Notes: generated from the letters alone by a model not told the origin. 64,000 nt of DNA from Vicinamibacteria bacterium (GCA_965199715.1 OZ241322.1:96001-160000); one strand, 5' to 3'. Shown: positions 49,990 through 62,360, counted from the stretch's first letter. Program-made: numbers and translations.

Positions 49990-52358
49990 CGGGGCTGCTG
50001 CTGGCGCTCGGGCTCGCGCTCCAGGCCGAACCGGTCGTGGTCCGGGCGGGAACCGTCCACACGGTCACGGCCGGGACGTTCGCGCCGGGCGAGATCCTCG
50101 TCCGGGACGGGGTCATCGAGGCGGTCGGAGCGTCGGTGGACGCCCCGCCGGACGCCCGGGTCCTCGAGGCGGAGGTCGTCGTTCCCGGGTTCATCGACAG
50201 CCACACCCACATGGCGCTCGACTGGTCGAACCCGATCCCCGGGCCGGTCACCGCCGAATGGAAGGCGGTCGAGAACGTGGACCTGGGCGATCCGATGGTC
50301 CAGGTCGCGCTGTCGGGCGGGCTGACCTCGGTCGTGACCCGCCCCGGCAGCGGGATCGTCTCCAGCGGGCAGGCGGTCGCGCTCAAGCTGAAGCGCGACC
50401 GGGCCGAGGTGCTGAAGCCCTACGTGGACCTGAAGATGGCGGTCCGCCCGTTGATCAACCTGCGGCCCGGCGAGACCCCGCAGACGGTCATGGGCTGGTA
50501 CGCGACCGCCGACGAGCACTTCCGCCGGGCGAGCGCGCTCGACGACGAACCGGGGGACGAACGCGACGAACGTCTGGAGGCGTTCGCGGCGGTTCTTCGG
50601 GGCGAAGTGATGGTCCACGCGCACGCGCACTACCCGAACGAGGTGATGATGGTGCTGCGCCTCGCCCGCAAGTACGGCTTCATCGATCGGCTCGCCTTCG
50701 CGCACGCCGAGGAGATCTTCCCGATCACCGAGCTGCTCGCCGGAACCCGGATCGTGCCGGTGATCGGTCCGATGATGATCGTCCAGTACTACGGCGACGA
50801 GCGGCCGCGGAACCTGCTGAAGGATCTTCTGGACGCGGGCGTCCACGCGGCGATCCAGACGGACATGTCGAAACAGCACTTCAAGGACTTCCGCGAGTAC
50901 GGCGCGTTCCTGGCCCGCCACGGCCTCACCGACGACCAGGCGCTTGCGGTCATGACGATCAACGGGGCGCGGGCGATGATGCTCGACGACCGGATCGGCA
51001 GCATCGAACCCGGCAAGGACGCCGATCTGGCGCTGTTCGACGGCCACTTCCTCGACCTGACCGCCGACCGCGTCCAACGGGTGATCGTGGACGGCCGGCT
51101 CGAGTACGAGCGCGGGCGCGAGCTCCAGCCGGAACGACCACGGCCGGTCGGCCCGTTCGGTCCGGTCACGGGCGCGATCGGGCCGGACGACCGGTCGTTC
51201 GCGATCACGGGAGCGCACGCGTTCACGGTCAGCCATGGGGAGATCCGCGACGCGACGCTCGTGGTCGAGAACGGTCGGTTCGTTCGGGTCGAGGCCGGCG
51301 GCGCGCCGCCTGCGGGGATTCCGGTCATGAACGTCGGCGGCCGGGTCGTCATGCCCGGAACCGTGATCGGCCGGGCGTTCGGAAACGACTGGATCGGCGA
51401 CCTGAAGTGGCAGGTGCAGAACGACGAGATCACCGAGCCGGTCGTCCCGGAAATGAACGCGCTCTACGCGGTGGACCCGTGGTTCCCGTCGTATCGGCTG
51501 AACGTCGAGATCGGCGTGACCTCGATCCACGTGACCCCGGGCGTGCGGAACCTCGTGGGCGGCAACGGGGTGCTGGTCAAGACCCCCGGGATCGACTTCG
51601 AGACGATGGTGCGGCGGGAGCCGGCGAGCATGGCGCTCGCGCTCACCCAGTCGGCGCTTCGGGAGTGGTCGCTGACGCTGGAGGACGCGGCGGCCATGAT
51701 CCGCGCCGCGCTGGACGCGGCGTTGCGCCACGCGGAGTCGGGCGGTCCGTACGACGCGCGGATGGAAGCGCTGCTGCCCATGCTCCGGGGCGAGGTCCCG
51801 GCCATGATCCACGCCGACCGGGAGAGCGAGATCGAGGCGGCGCTGGCGCTCGCCGAGGACTACGGACTGAGGCTCGCGATCACCGGCGGCGTGACGGCGC
51901 ACCGGTTCGCGGACCGTCTCGCGGCGGCGGACGCCGGGGTCGTCCTCGGCAACTCGGGCAGCTACGCCTCGGATGTCCGGGGCGGCGGCGAGGGCTGGAG
52001 CGTCGAGGGGCCGGCGATCCTGAACCGGGCCGGAGTCAAGGTCGCGTTCTACGGACCCGGCGCGTCACGCAGGGCGGCCCCGACCGGCAGGCTCGGCGGG
52101 GAGCCGATCCTGAACGCGGCGTGGGCGTTCCGCAACGGCGTCCCCGAGGCGGACGCGCTGCGGATGGCCACGCTCAACGCGGCGGAGCTGGCGGGAATGG
52201 GCGACCGCATCGGCAGCATCGAGCCGGGCAAGGACGCGGACTTCGTGGTGCTGGAGGGGCATCCGTTCGACTTCCGGGCGTTGCCGCAGCAGGTGTTCGT
52301 GGACGGGCGGCTGGAGTACGCGGCTGAGCTCGGACGAGGAGACGCTGGGCGACGGTGA
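49986..52358 (+). CDS. Secreted tandem-domain amidohydrolase
   Basis: TTG start; PGFIDSHTH in domain 1; two RIGSIEPGKDAD C-terminal motifs. Confidence 0.85.
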   Translation: MTGLLLALGLALQAEPVVVRAGTVHTVTAGTFAPGEILVRDGVIEAVGASVDAPPDARVLEAEVVVPGFIDSHTHMALDWSNPIPGPVTAEWKAVENVDLGDPMVQVALSGGLTSVVTRPGSGIVSSGQAVALKLKRDRAEVLKPYVDLKMAVRPLINLRPGETPQTVMGWYATADEHFRRASALDDEPGDERDERLEAFAAVLRGEVMVHAHAHYPNEVMMVLRLARKYGFIDRLAFAHAEEIFPITELLAGTRIVPVIGPMMIVQYYGDERPRNLLKDLLDAGVHAAIQTDMSKQHFKDFREYGAFLARHGLTDDQALAVMTINGARAMMLDDRIGSIEPGKDADLALFDGHFLDLTADRVQRVIVDGRLEYERGRELQPERPRPVGPFGPVTGAIGPDDRSFAITGAHAFTVSHGEIRDATLVVENGRFVRVEAGGAPPAGIPVMNVGGRVVMPGTVIGRAFGNDWIGDLKWQVQNDEITEPVVPEMNALYAVDPWFPSYRLNVEIGVTSIHVTPGVRNLVGGNGVLVKTPGIDFETMVRREPASMALALTQSALREWSLTLEDAAAMIRAALDAALRHAESGGPYDARMEALLPMLRGEVPAMIHADRESEIEAALALAEDYGLRLAITGGVTAHRFADRLAAADAGVVLGNSGSYASDVRGGGEGWSVEGPAILNRAGVKVAFYGPGASRRAAPTGRLGGEPILNAAWAFRNGVPEADALRMATLNAAELAGMGDRIGSIEPGKDADFVVLEGHPFDFRALPQQVFVDGRLEYAAELGRGDAGRR

Positions 52359-52563
52359 CCGCGCCGGTCGCGGCGGCCACGCTCCCGGCCATCCACTTGA
52401 TGAGCCGCCGTTCCACCGCCGCCGGCCGCGCGTCCAGTTCGGCGTGCGTCACGTAGTCGCTCCGCTCGCTCGTGCGCTGGAGGCCTACGGTGATCGCGTC
52501 CGCCTGCGCCGGAGTCAGTCCGTCGTCCGTCAGGCTCTCGGCGACGGCGCGGGTGTCCAGCAT
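52330..52563 (-). pseudogene. DUF1640-like small coiled-coil/TM protein, stop apparently lost
   Basis: MLDTRAVAESL...GLTPAQADAIT...RLIKWMAG; reads through antisense into the convergent amidohydrolase gene; 3' boundary approximate. Confidence 0.45.
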
Positions 52564-52737
52564 GGCTCGGGGGCCACGGTATCGAGAATCGTTCCATGCG
52601 CCATGTTTGGACGTGATGATTGGAGAATGCTCGCCGCCCTGCCGGACCTGATGGTGCGGAGGTGCGCCTGCGGAACGGGCCGCACCCGTACTCGCCGTTG
52701 ATCGGAACGTCCGCATCCAGGCGCCGGATGCGGGACC

Positions 52738-53677
52738 TCACGGAAGGGCGACCCCGAGCCGCCGGGCGTACTCCTGGAGCCTCCCCCCGTACAGGCCGGT
52801 GAGCCGATAGGCCTCCTTGAACCCGAGCCCTCCCTCCAGGGCGGCGCGCCGCACTTCAGTGGCGAAGGGCGCTCCTACGCGGGCGTTCTGCATTCCGAAG
52901 AAGGCGCCGCCGCCCGATCGTGCGCGGCGATGCGCCGACCGGCCGGTCGGCCCCGACGAAACGAGTTCCGCGGCGACCGCGCCGCACCAGTCCTCCACGT
53001 CGGAACCGCCAGGCGACAGCCCCTCGAAGCCGGAGATTCCCTCCGCGTCCAGCCAGATGTGCGCGAGCGCGAACATCTGAGCCGACTTCGCGTCCGCCCC
53101 GGTCACGAAGATGAGCGGCGCCCAGCGGTCGGTGGACGTCATTGCCGACGACGCCGTTGATCACGGCCATGACGCCCAGGTTCTCCACGGATCGCCGACG
53201 TTCGGTCACGGCGTTCTGCCACGTGCGGACGTTCGCCGCTCATCCCCCGTCCAGACCAAGGGCGCGGCGCATGTCGCGTCCGACTGCGGCGGGGTCGTCC
53301 TCGAGGCTCGCGTTTCCCACGAACGCGAGCGGATCCTCGCCTTCCTCGCGGCGCGACTCGCTGAGCCACGCCTGGCGCAACTGCATCGCGTGGAGCGTGT
53401 CGAGAAGGTCGGGACTCGGCCGCCTCCTCTCGGATCCCGGCAGCGCCCGGTAGTCGGGCGCGGGCAGGCGCTCTTCGGGCGGCCCGGAAAGGAAGAACCA
53501 TCCGAACGGCGTGTGGGTCACTCTCGCCGGCTTCTCCAACTGCTTGAACGTAGGGCGCTTCTCACCGCGAACCCACGCGGGGAGCTGGGGAACCCGCTCC
53601 GCCACATCCTCAATGTCGCTCCCGGCGCGCTCGCACGCCCAGCGGAGGATGGTCGAAGGAACGGCGAGTCGGGTCAT
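52738..53677 (-). pseudogene. HTH + ImmA/IrrE metallopeptidase pseudogene
   Basis: [21 protein letters not shown]; frameshifts; AQMFALAHIWL lacks the HE of HExxH; a short LDADV remnant downstream resembles a DUF4411/PIN start. Confidence 0.7.
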
Positions 53678-53709
53678 GGCTGCGGCTCTGCGGGGAATAC
53701 TACGGACGC

Positions 53710-55194
53710 ATGCCGGCCCGCACCCTGATGATCCAGGGCACCGGGTCGGACGTCGGCAAGTCGCTCGTCGTCGCCGCGCTCTGCCGCATCGCCCGGCGGC
53801 GCGGGATCGAGGTCGCCCCGTTCAAGCCGCAGAACATGTCGAACAACGCGGCGGCGTGCGAAGGCGGCGAGATCGGGCGGGCGCAGGCGCTCCAGGCCCG
53901 CGCTGCCGGCCTCGAGCCGCGAACGGACTTCAACCCGGTGCTCCTCAAGCCGGAGACCGACCGGCGGGCGCAGGTCGTGTTCCAGGGCCGGGTGGCCGGC
54001 AGCCTCAGCGCCGCCGGCTACATCTCCAGCCGGGAGGAGCGCATGGCCCCGGTGCTCGACAGCTTCCGCCGGCTGGTCGAAGCGTACGAACTGGTGATCG
54101 TGGAGGGGGCGGGCAGTCCGGCGGAGGTCAACCTGCGGGCGGGCGACGTCGCGAACATGGGGTTCGCCCGGCGCGTCGGCGCGCCGGTCTGCCTCGTGGG
54201 CGACATCGACAAGGGCGGGGTGATCGCGAGCCTCGTCGGCACGCAGTCGGTCCTCGACCCCGGCGACGCCGCGCTCGTGCGCGGATTCCTGATCAACAAG
54301 TTCCGGGGCGACCCGCGTCTCTTCGACGACGGCTTGGAGGCGATCCGCGCCCGGACCGGCTGGCGCAGCTTCGGGGTGGTCCCGTGGCTCGCCGCCGCAG
54401 CCCGGCTTCCGGCGGAGGACGCGGTGTCGCTCGGGCGCGAACGGAGGCCCGGCGCGACGCTGAGGATCGTCGCTCCGATGCTCTCGCGGATGGCCAACTT
54501 CGACGACGCGGACCCCCTGCGGATGGAGCCGGGAGTGGACTTCGAGTGGGTTCCGCCCGGGCGGCCGCTGCCGCGCGACGCCGACGCAGTGATCCTTTTC
54601 GGGACCAAGTCCACGCTCGGCGAACTCGCGTTCCTGCGCGCCCAGGGCTGGGACCACGACGTGATCGCCCACGCGAGGAGCGGGGGCCGGGTGCTCGGGC
54701 TGTGCGGGGGCTTCCAGATGCTCGGGCGCGCGCTCGCCGACGACGAGGGCAGGGACGGCCCCGCGGGGCGAGCGGAGGGTCTCGGGCTGCTGGACGTACG
54801 CACGGATCTGTCGCGGGACAAGGCCGTGCGCAACGTCCGGGGTCGCTGCGCTCGAACCGACACCCCGATCGTGGGCTACGAGATCCATGTGGGGGACACG
54901 ATCGGCCCCGACTGCGACCGTCCGACGTTCGAGCTGGAAGGCCGGCCCGACGGCGCCCGCTCCCCCGACGGGCGCGTCGAGGGGACCTACCTGCACGGAG
55001 CGTTCGCGAACGACGAGTTCCGCCGGGAGTGGCTGCGGCGGGCGGGCGGCGAGGGTTCCGCGCTGGACTACGGGGCCGCGGTGGAGGCGGCCCTCGACGC
55101 GCTGGCCGACGGCGTGGAGGATGCGGTGGACGTGGAAGGGCTGCTCGGTAGTGCCGCAGTTCCGTTCTTGGAGCCTTCAGCCTCTCGGCCGTAG
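53710..55194 (+). CDS. cobQ: Cobyric acid synthase
   Basis: [57 protein letters not shown]. Confidence 0.95.
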   Translation: MPARTLMIQGTGSDVGKSLVVAALCRIARRRGIEVAPFKPQNMSNNAAACEGGEIGRAQALQARAAGLEPRTDFNPVLLKPETDRRAQVVFQGRVAGSLSAAGYISSREERMAPVLDSFRRLVEAYELVIVEGAGSPAEVNLRAGDVANMGFARRVGAPVCLVGDIDKGGVIASLVGTQSVLDPGDAALVRGFLINKFRGDPRLFDDGLEAIRARTGWRSFGVVPWLAAAARLPAEDAVSLGRERRPGATLRIVAPMLSRMANFDDADPLRMEPGVDFEWVPPGRPLPRDADAVILFGTKSTLGELAFLRAQGWDHDVIAHARSGGRVLGLCGGFQMLGRALADDEGRDGPAGRAEGLGLLDVRTDLSRDKAVRNVRGRCARTDTPIVGYEIHVGDTIGPDCDRPTFELEGRPDGARSPDGRVEGTYLHGAFANDEFRREWLRRAGGEGSALDYGAAVEAALDALADGVEDAVDVEGLLGSAAVPFLEPSASRP

Positions 55195-55212
55195 CGCACA
55201 ATCCGGCGCCCA

Positions 55213-55256
55213 TGACAAATTCTGGCATTGACAACGCGTATCCTTCGCCCGTGAAT
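55213..55256 (+). promoter_or_regulatory. Putative cas operon promoter with upstream imperfect palindrome
   Basis: TTGACA at 55228-55233; only a weak -10 (GTGAAT at 55251); TGACA-N5-TGGCA at 55213-55227. Confidence 0.35.
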
Positions 55257-55305
55257 GATCCGCACCGAGCCAGATGTCCGCGAGCGCCAACTATGGGGAT
55301 CGAGA

Positions 55306-55415
55306 GGGGAGTCGAGCTGAGAAACGTGAGCCTCACTCTGCTCTCGAATCAAGCTCCTCATTCGGCCGAGGCCGACGATGGGGAGTCGAGCTGAGAAACG
55401 TGAGCCTCACTCTGC
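55306..55415 (+). repeat. 36-bp perfect direct repeat pair with 38-bp insert at the cas3 start
   Basis: GGGGAGTCGAGCTGAGAAACGTGAGCCTCACTCTGC at 55306-55341 and 55380-55415. Confidence 0.95.
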
Positions 55416-58167
55416 CCTTCAGCGATGCGTTCGGAGCGCTGACCGGGTTCCCGCCCTTCCCGTGGCAGGAGCGCCTCTACGAGGAGTGCTTCCGTCGGGG
55501 GTCGCTGCCGTCCGCGGTGGACATTCCGACGGGCCTGGGCAAGACCGCGGTCATGGTGATCTGGATGCTCGCCCGCGCGGCCGGGGCGGATTTGCCGCGC
55601 CGGCTCGTGTACGTCGTGGATCGCCGCGCCGTCGTCGATCAGGCCACCGAGTTCGCTGAGCGGCTTCGAGCCGCGCTGCACGGGGAAGACCGGCTGAAGC
55701 CGGTCCGTCTGGGACTCGGTCTCGAGGACCGCAAGCTACCCATTTCAACCTTGCGCGGTCGCCACGTGGACAACCGGGAATGGATGGCCGACCCGACCTC
55801 CCCGGCGATCATCGTGGGGACCGTGGACATGGTGGGTTCCCGGTTGTTGTTCGAGGGATACGGACTCTCGCGCCGCATGAGGCCCTTTGCGGCTGGGCTG
55901 CTCGGCTGCGATTCGCTCGTGTTGTTGGACGAGGCTCATCTCGCCCGACCGTTCGGGCGCTTGCTTCGCGCCATCGAGATCGGGACGACTCCGCCCAGCT
56001 CGCCAGATTCCGACGGGCCGGCGGGGACGCTCGCCGGCTCGGCGAGCGCGACGGGCCTGCCGCCGCGCTTTCGCGTGCTGCCTCTCTCTGCGACATTGGA
56101 TCGGACTTCGACGACCGAGGCCTTCGGTCTGGACGAAACCGACGAAGGGAACCCGATCGTTCGCCAGCGACTGCATGCGCCCAAACGCATTGCGGTCGAA
56201 GCGCTCGAAGAGTTCCGGAAGCTCGACGAGCAACTCGCCGACCGGGCGTGGGCGCTTGCCGCCGATCACGAGAAAGGGACATTCAGCCGTGTCGCGATCT
56301 TCTGCAACTTCAGGAAGGACGCAGAGAAGGTCGCCGACGCTCTAGAGAAGAGATCGCGCAAGGAGAATTCGGACGCCTACGTCATTCGGTTCGTCGGAGG
56401 CCGGAGGGTCCATGAACGGCAGCAAGCCGCGGACGAGCTGGTGAAACACGGGTTCATTGGCGACTCCGTGACGGCGGCGGAGCGGCCGACGTTCCTCGTC
56501 GCCACGTCGGCGGGAGAGGTCGGAGTCGATCTCGACGCGGAGCACATGGTGTGCGACCTCGTGGCGTGGGAGCGGATGGTGCAGCGCTTGGGTCGCGTGA
56601 ATCGGCGGGGCAGCGGCGCGGCGCGGGTGGTCGTCATCGATCAGGGCCCGCCAGCGAAGCCGGCTCCCGGTCCGCACGTCGTGGCGCGCCACCTCGCGGT
56701 GGCCGCCCTTCTCGATGAGCTGCCACGGGACGACGCAGGCGAGAAGCAGGCGGGCCCGGCGGCGCTCGCGGGTTTCGCTTCGCACAACGGCCGAAGCGAA
56801 AGAACCTCGGAGGCCACGACCCCGATGCCTCTCTATCCGGCCCTTACTCGCCCGCTCGTCGACGCGTGGGCGATGACGTCGATTGAGGAGAATGCCGGGC
56901 GGCCTGCGATTGCGCCCTGGTTGCGCGGGTGGGTGGAAGACGACCGCCCGCAGACCGCCGTCTTATGGCGCCGCTTCCTGCCCATTTGCAGCCGAGTCGG
57001 TTCCGACGAGCCGGCCGCTGTCCGGAAGTCGGACGCCCGCGAGTTTTTCGCCGCGGCGGCGCCTCAAGCGGCGGAACTGTTGGAGACGGAGTCCGCCCGC
57101 GTCGTTGACTGGCTCCGTAAGCGTGGCAGCGCAGTTCGGAAGAAGTTGGTCGGCGCGAAGGACGAGAAGGGCGGAGAGCCTGGTTCGGTAGGCCTGAGCG
57201 TGCGTTGCCCCGTGGTCGTTGTACTGGATCGGGCCAACGGCTTTGTGCGCACCATGTCCCTCGACGAGATTGAGGAATCCACGAGCGACAAGCGGCGCCG
57301 GGATCGACTGGCGGAGGAGTTCGCAGCAAGGCGGGTCGTCGTGGACGTTCGCATCGGCGGCCTGACGGACGGCCTTCTCGATGAAGCAGCCTCCGATCCC
57401 CCGACCACGATCGAGGACAACTGGGTGGAGGCCGGCGGTGATTCAGCCGGCGGGGCGTGGACGCTGCGGGTCGATCGGTGCGAACAGCGGGACGGGGTGG
57501 TTGACGGGTGGTTCGTCGTGTCTTCCATTCCGCTCGTCGAATCGGAGGAGGGCGAGCCGCGGGCGTGGTTGGTCGTGCGGAAGCGGCGCACCGCGGGTGA
57601 GAGTGAGCACGCGAGGTCCGTCGCCGGAAAGCTCCAACGGCTCGAAGACCACCATGACTGGACCGGAGAGGAGGCCGCCCGCATCGCAGCGAGGCTGGGC
57701 CTTGCTCCCGACGAATCGGCGATGCTGGTCGCCGCAGCCCGATTCCACGACCACGGCAAGGCGGCGGCCCGCTGGCAGCGGGCGTTCGACGCGCCGCGCG
57801 AGGGCGGTCCCTTCGCCAAAACGAAGAGAGGACCCAACCAGCATCTGCTGAACGGGTTCCGGCATGAACTCAAGTCGGCCTTCGATGCGGAGCGGATGGG
57901 ATTGGATGGCGTCGAGCGAGGCAGCGCGTACTTCGATCTGGCTCTGCACCTGATCGCCGCGCATCACGGCAACGCCCGTCCCGGCATCAAGGTCGGCGGC
58001 TACGACGATCTTCCTCCGAGCGCCGCCGAGGCGGCGGCGCTGGCGATCGGAATTCGGTTCGCGCGCCAGCAGCGCCAATGGGGGCCGTGGGGCCTCGCCT
58101 GGTGGGAAGCGTTGCTCCGCTCCGCGGATCAGGCGGCTTCGCGGAAGCTGGATGAGGAGGGGTCCTG

Positions 58168-58168
<1 letters not shown>
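55400..58168 (+). CDS. cas3: Type I-G (I-U) Cas3 helicase with C-terminal HD nuclease
   Basis: PFPWQ, PTGLGKT, YVVDRR, GTVDM, DEAH, SAT, QRLGRVNR, C-terminal HDHGK, RHE, HHG, SAD; GTG start inferred. Confidence 0.93.
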
Positions 58169-60074
<1,906 letters not shown>

Positions 60075-60077
60075 GTC

Positions 60078-62246
60078 ATGAGTCGTGCCCTCCTTTTCGA
60101 AGTGCGCCTGCACGAAGGGCGCTACCACGGGGTTACGGTCGGTTCCGGCGGCGATTGGCCGCCGGCGCCCGGACGCCTGTTCCAAGCGTTGCTTGCGGGG
60201 TCGGCTCGCGGGTCCATGGTCCCTGAGAGGGTGTGGGCGGCGCTGGCGTGGTTGGAGCGCCGTCCGCCGCCGGTTGTTTGTGCGCCAAGAGTCATGCGGG
60301 GACAGGAGTATCGGAATTTCGTTCCCAACAACGACCTCGATTCCGTGCTCTCCACAAAGGGAGCGGAGGACTTGGAGACCGCCGTCGCTCTGACCCGCGT
60401 GGCCAAGCGGATCCGGCCGTTCCTATTCGAAGACACCGCGCCGCTGCTGTACGTCTGGTCGCTCGGAGACGACGACGCGCCCCAGGCGTTGAGCGACGCG
60501 GCCCTCGATGTGTACCAGTTCGGTCGCGGCGTCGACCTCGCGTGGGCCTCCGCATCAGTCATCGATGACTCGGAAGTCCGGGCCCGGCTCTCGTCTTTTT
60601 CGGGTGTCGTCTATAACCCGACCGAAGGAGGCGCAGGCGACCGCGCCCTCTTGTGTCCTCAACCGGGCACGGCTGACAGCCTCCGGACACGCTTCCTTCG
60701 AACGCGGGATCGGTTTCGGTTGCGCGACCACGGGCATCGGGGGCATACCTTCGATCAACCGCCGAAGCCGCTCCTTAAGCGGGTCGGCTACTGCGCCCCG
60801 CCGACGCGTCGCGTGTTCGCCCTGCGGGAAGAACCCCATGCCGGGTTCGCGCCGCGGAGGCTAAGAGGGGTTGCGGGTCTCGTCGCGGAGGTTCGGGATC
60901 GGGCGGCGGGGCGACTGGCCGTTGCGCTTCCGGCCGACGCAGCCAGCGTCGAGCGTTACGTCGTCGGACGAGGCGCCACGGAGGCGGACAAGCAGTCTCG
61001 CGTCCGCATCCTGCCCATCCCGTCCGTTGGCCACCCCGAGGCCGACATGATGATCCGGCGCGTCGCAGTTCATATCCCGCAGTCGTGCCCGCTTCGCAGC
61101 GACGACGTGGCGTGGGCGATGGGGCAGGTCGCCTGCCCGGACGACGACGGCGTGATCCAGTGGAAGTTGGAGCCCGCCAATGACGATTCGATGGCGGACC
61201 GCTACGAAGCCGCGGGTCGGCGCTGGCGGAGCGTGACGCCGCTTGCGCTGGGCGCGACCCGAAACCGGCCGCGAGACGCCGACCGGAGGCGGCTCGAATC
61301 CAGAGCTGCGCACGCCGTCGTCCAGGCGCTTCGGCATGAGGGCGTTCGCGTTTCCCCGGAGACCGTGCGTGTGCAGCGGGAGCCGTTCGACCGTCGCGGC
61401 CAGCGGGCCGAGTCATTCGCCGCCGGAACCCGGTTTTCGCCGAAGGTCCTCTGGCACGCAGAGGTCTTCTTCGTCGAGGTGGTGAATGGACCGCTCGTCC
61501 TGGGGGATGGTCGTTACCTCGGGTTGGGCCTCATGCGGCCCGTCGAAGAGGCGTTGCCCGGCGTGCTGGCGTTCGGGATCGACTCCGGCCTCGGCGACGG
61601 CGCTGATCCTTCCGCGGTCGCGGGCGCGGCGCGCCGGGCCATGATGGCTCGCGTCCAGCGAGCGCTGCCGCCAAGACAGAGGCTGCCGCGATACGTCAGC
61701 GGCCACGAACCCGACGGCCGACCCATCCGCGGCGGCGCTCACCGGCATGTCGCCGTCGTCCCTGACTTGACGCGTCGGCGGTTGCTGTTCGTCGGTCCAC
61801 ACGTGTTGCAGCGCAACGGCCTTGCATGGCGCCACATCCGTGACGATCACGAGCTCATGGATCGCGCCCTTGCGGGAATGAACGTTCTCCGAGCGGGCCG
61901 CGCCGGGCGCCTGGCGCTGATGCCGCTCGTGATTGACGGGGAGTGCGACCCGCTGTTCGCGCCGGCGCAGGTCTGGTCGAGCCAGTCCGAATACCGCGCG
62001 ACTCGTCATCGCCGTCGGCTCTCGGACGAGGAGGCGCTCGAGGCCGACGTGCGTTCCGAATTGGATCGGATCGGTTGGCCGAATCCGACCCAGGTCGAAG
62101 TCGTTTCCGTCCGGCGCGGGCCTCGGGGCGCTCTGTTCGGTCGGCTGCAGCTCCGATTCGCGGTCGCGCAGGAGGGGCCGCTCGTCATCGGGCGCGACTT
62201 GCACTTGGGCGGAGGACTCTTCGTCGGCGAATCGCGGTCCGGCTGA
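60078..62246 (+). CDS. csb2: Type I-G Csb2 (Cas5/Cas6 fusion)
   Basis: GRYHG, DWPPAPGRLFQAL, FVPNND, FGRGVD, WRSVTP, G-loops LGDGRYLGLGL and IGRDLHLGGGLF. Confidence 0.88.
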   Translation: MSRALLFEVRLHEGRYHGVTVGSGGDWPPAPGRLFQALLAGSARGSMVPERVWAALAWLERRPPPVVCAPRVMRGQEYRNFVPNNDLDSVLSTKGAEDLETAVALTRVAKRIRPFLFEDTAPLLYVWSLGDDDAPQALSDAALDVYQFGRGVDLAWASASVIDDSEVRARLSSFSGVVYNPTEGGAGDRALLCPQPGTADSLRTRFLRTRDRFRLRDHGHRGHTFDQPPKPLLKRVGYCAPPTRRVFALREEPHAGFAPRRLRGVAGLVAEVRDRAAGRLAVALPADAASVERYVVGRGATEADKQSRVRILPIPSVGHPEADMMIRRVAVHIPQSCPLRSDDVAWAMGQVACPDDDGVIQWKLEPANDDSMADRYEAAGRRWRSVTPLALGATRNRPRDADRRRLESRAAHAVVQALRHEGVRVSPETVRVQREPFDRRGQRAESFAAGTRFSPKVLWHAEVFFVEVVNGPLVLGDGRYLGLGLMRPVEEALPGVLAFGIDSGLGDGADPSAVAGAARRAMMARVQRALPPRQRLPRYVSGHEPDGRPIRGGAHRHVAVVPDLTRRRLLFVGPHVLQRNGLAWRHIRDDHELMDRALAGMNVLRAGRAGRLALMPLVIDGECDPLFAPAQVWSSQSEYRATRHRRRLSDEEALEADVRSELDRIGWPNPTQVEVVSVRRGPRGALFGRLQLRFAVAQEGPLVIGRDLHLGGGLFVGESRSG

Positions 62247-62330
62247 GGGTGTCCAGTTCGCGAGCGTAGATTGCGATTCTCGCATCGCTCCCACTCATCG
62301 TCGGCGAATCGCGGTCCGGCTGAGGGTGTC
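62216..62330 (+). repeat. 33-bp perfect (38-bp with 1 mismatch) direct repeat pair with hairpin insert at the csb2 end
   Basis: TCGTCGGCGAATCGCGGTCCGGCTGAGGGTGTC at 62221-62253 and 62298-62330, preceded by ACTCT and ACTCA respectively. Confidence 0.95.
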
Positions 62331-62360
62331 GGCAGTGCGCCCGACCTGTTGCTGCGCGCC

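Noticed and set aside
53678-53709. Cobalamin riboswitch before cobQ or SAM riboswitch before yitJ
   Set aside because: Intergenic gaps are only 32-45 bp with no recognisable aptamer
55276-55286. GTCCGCGAGCG in the cas leader matches the start of insert 2 (GTTCGCGAGCG), suggesting promoter targeting
   Set aside because: A 10/11 GC-rich match is expected by chance at this GC content
55274-55399. ATG 55274 as the cas3 start
   Set aside because: The extension crosses the duplicated region and precedes the conserved F...PFPWQ start; GTG 55400 preferred but unproven
55306-55415. Calling the repeat pairs a canonical CRISPR array
   Set aside because: Only two copies each, the two pairs differ, both overlap coding boundaries, and the true array is outside the window; kept as repeats and hypotheses
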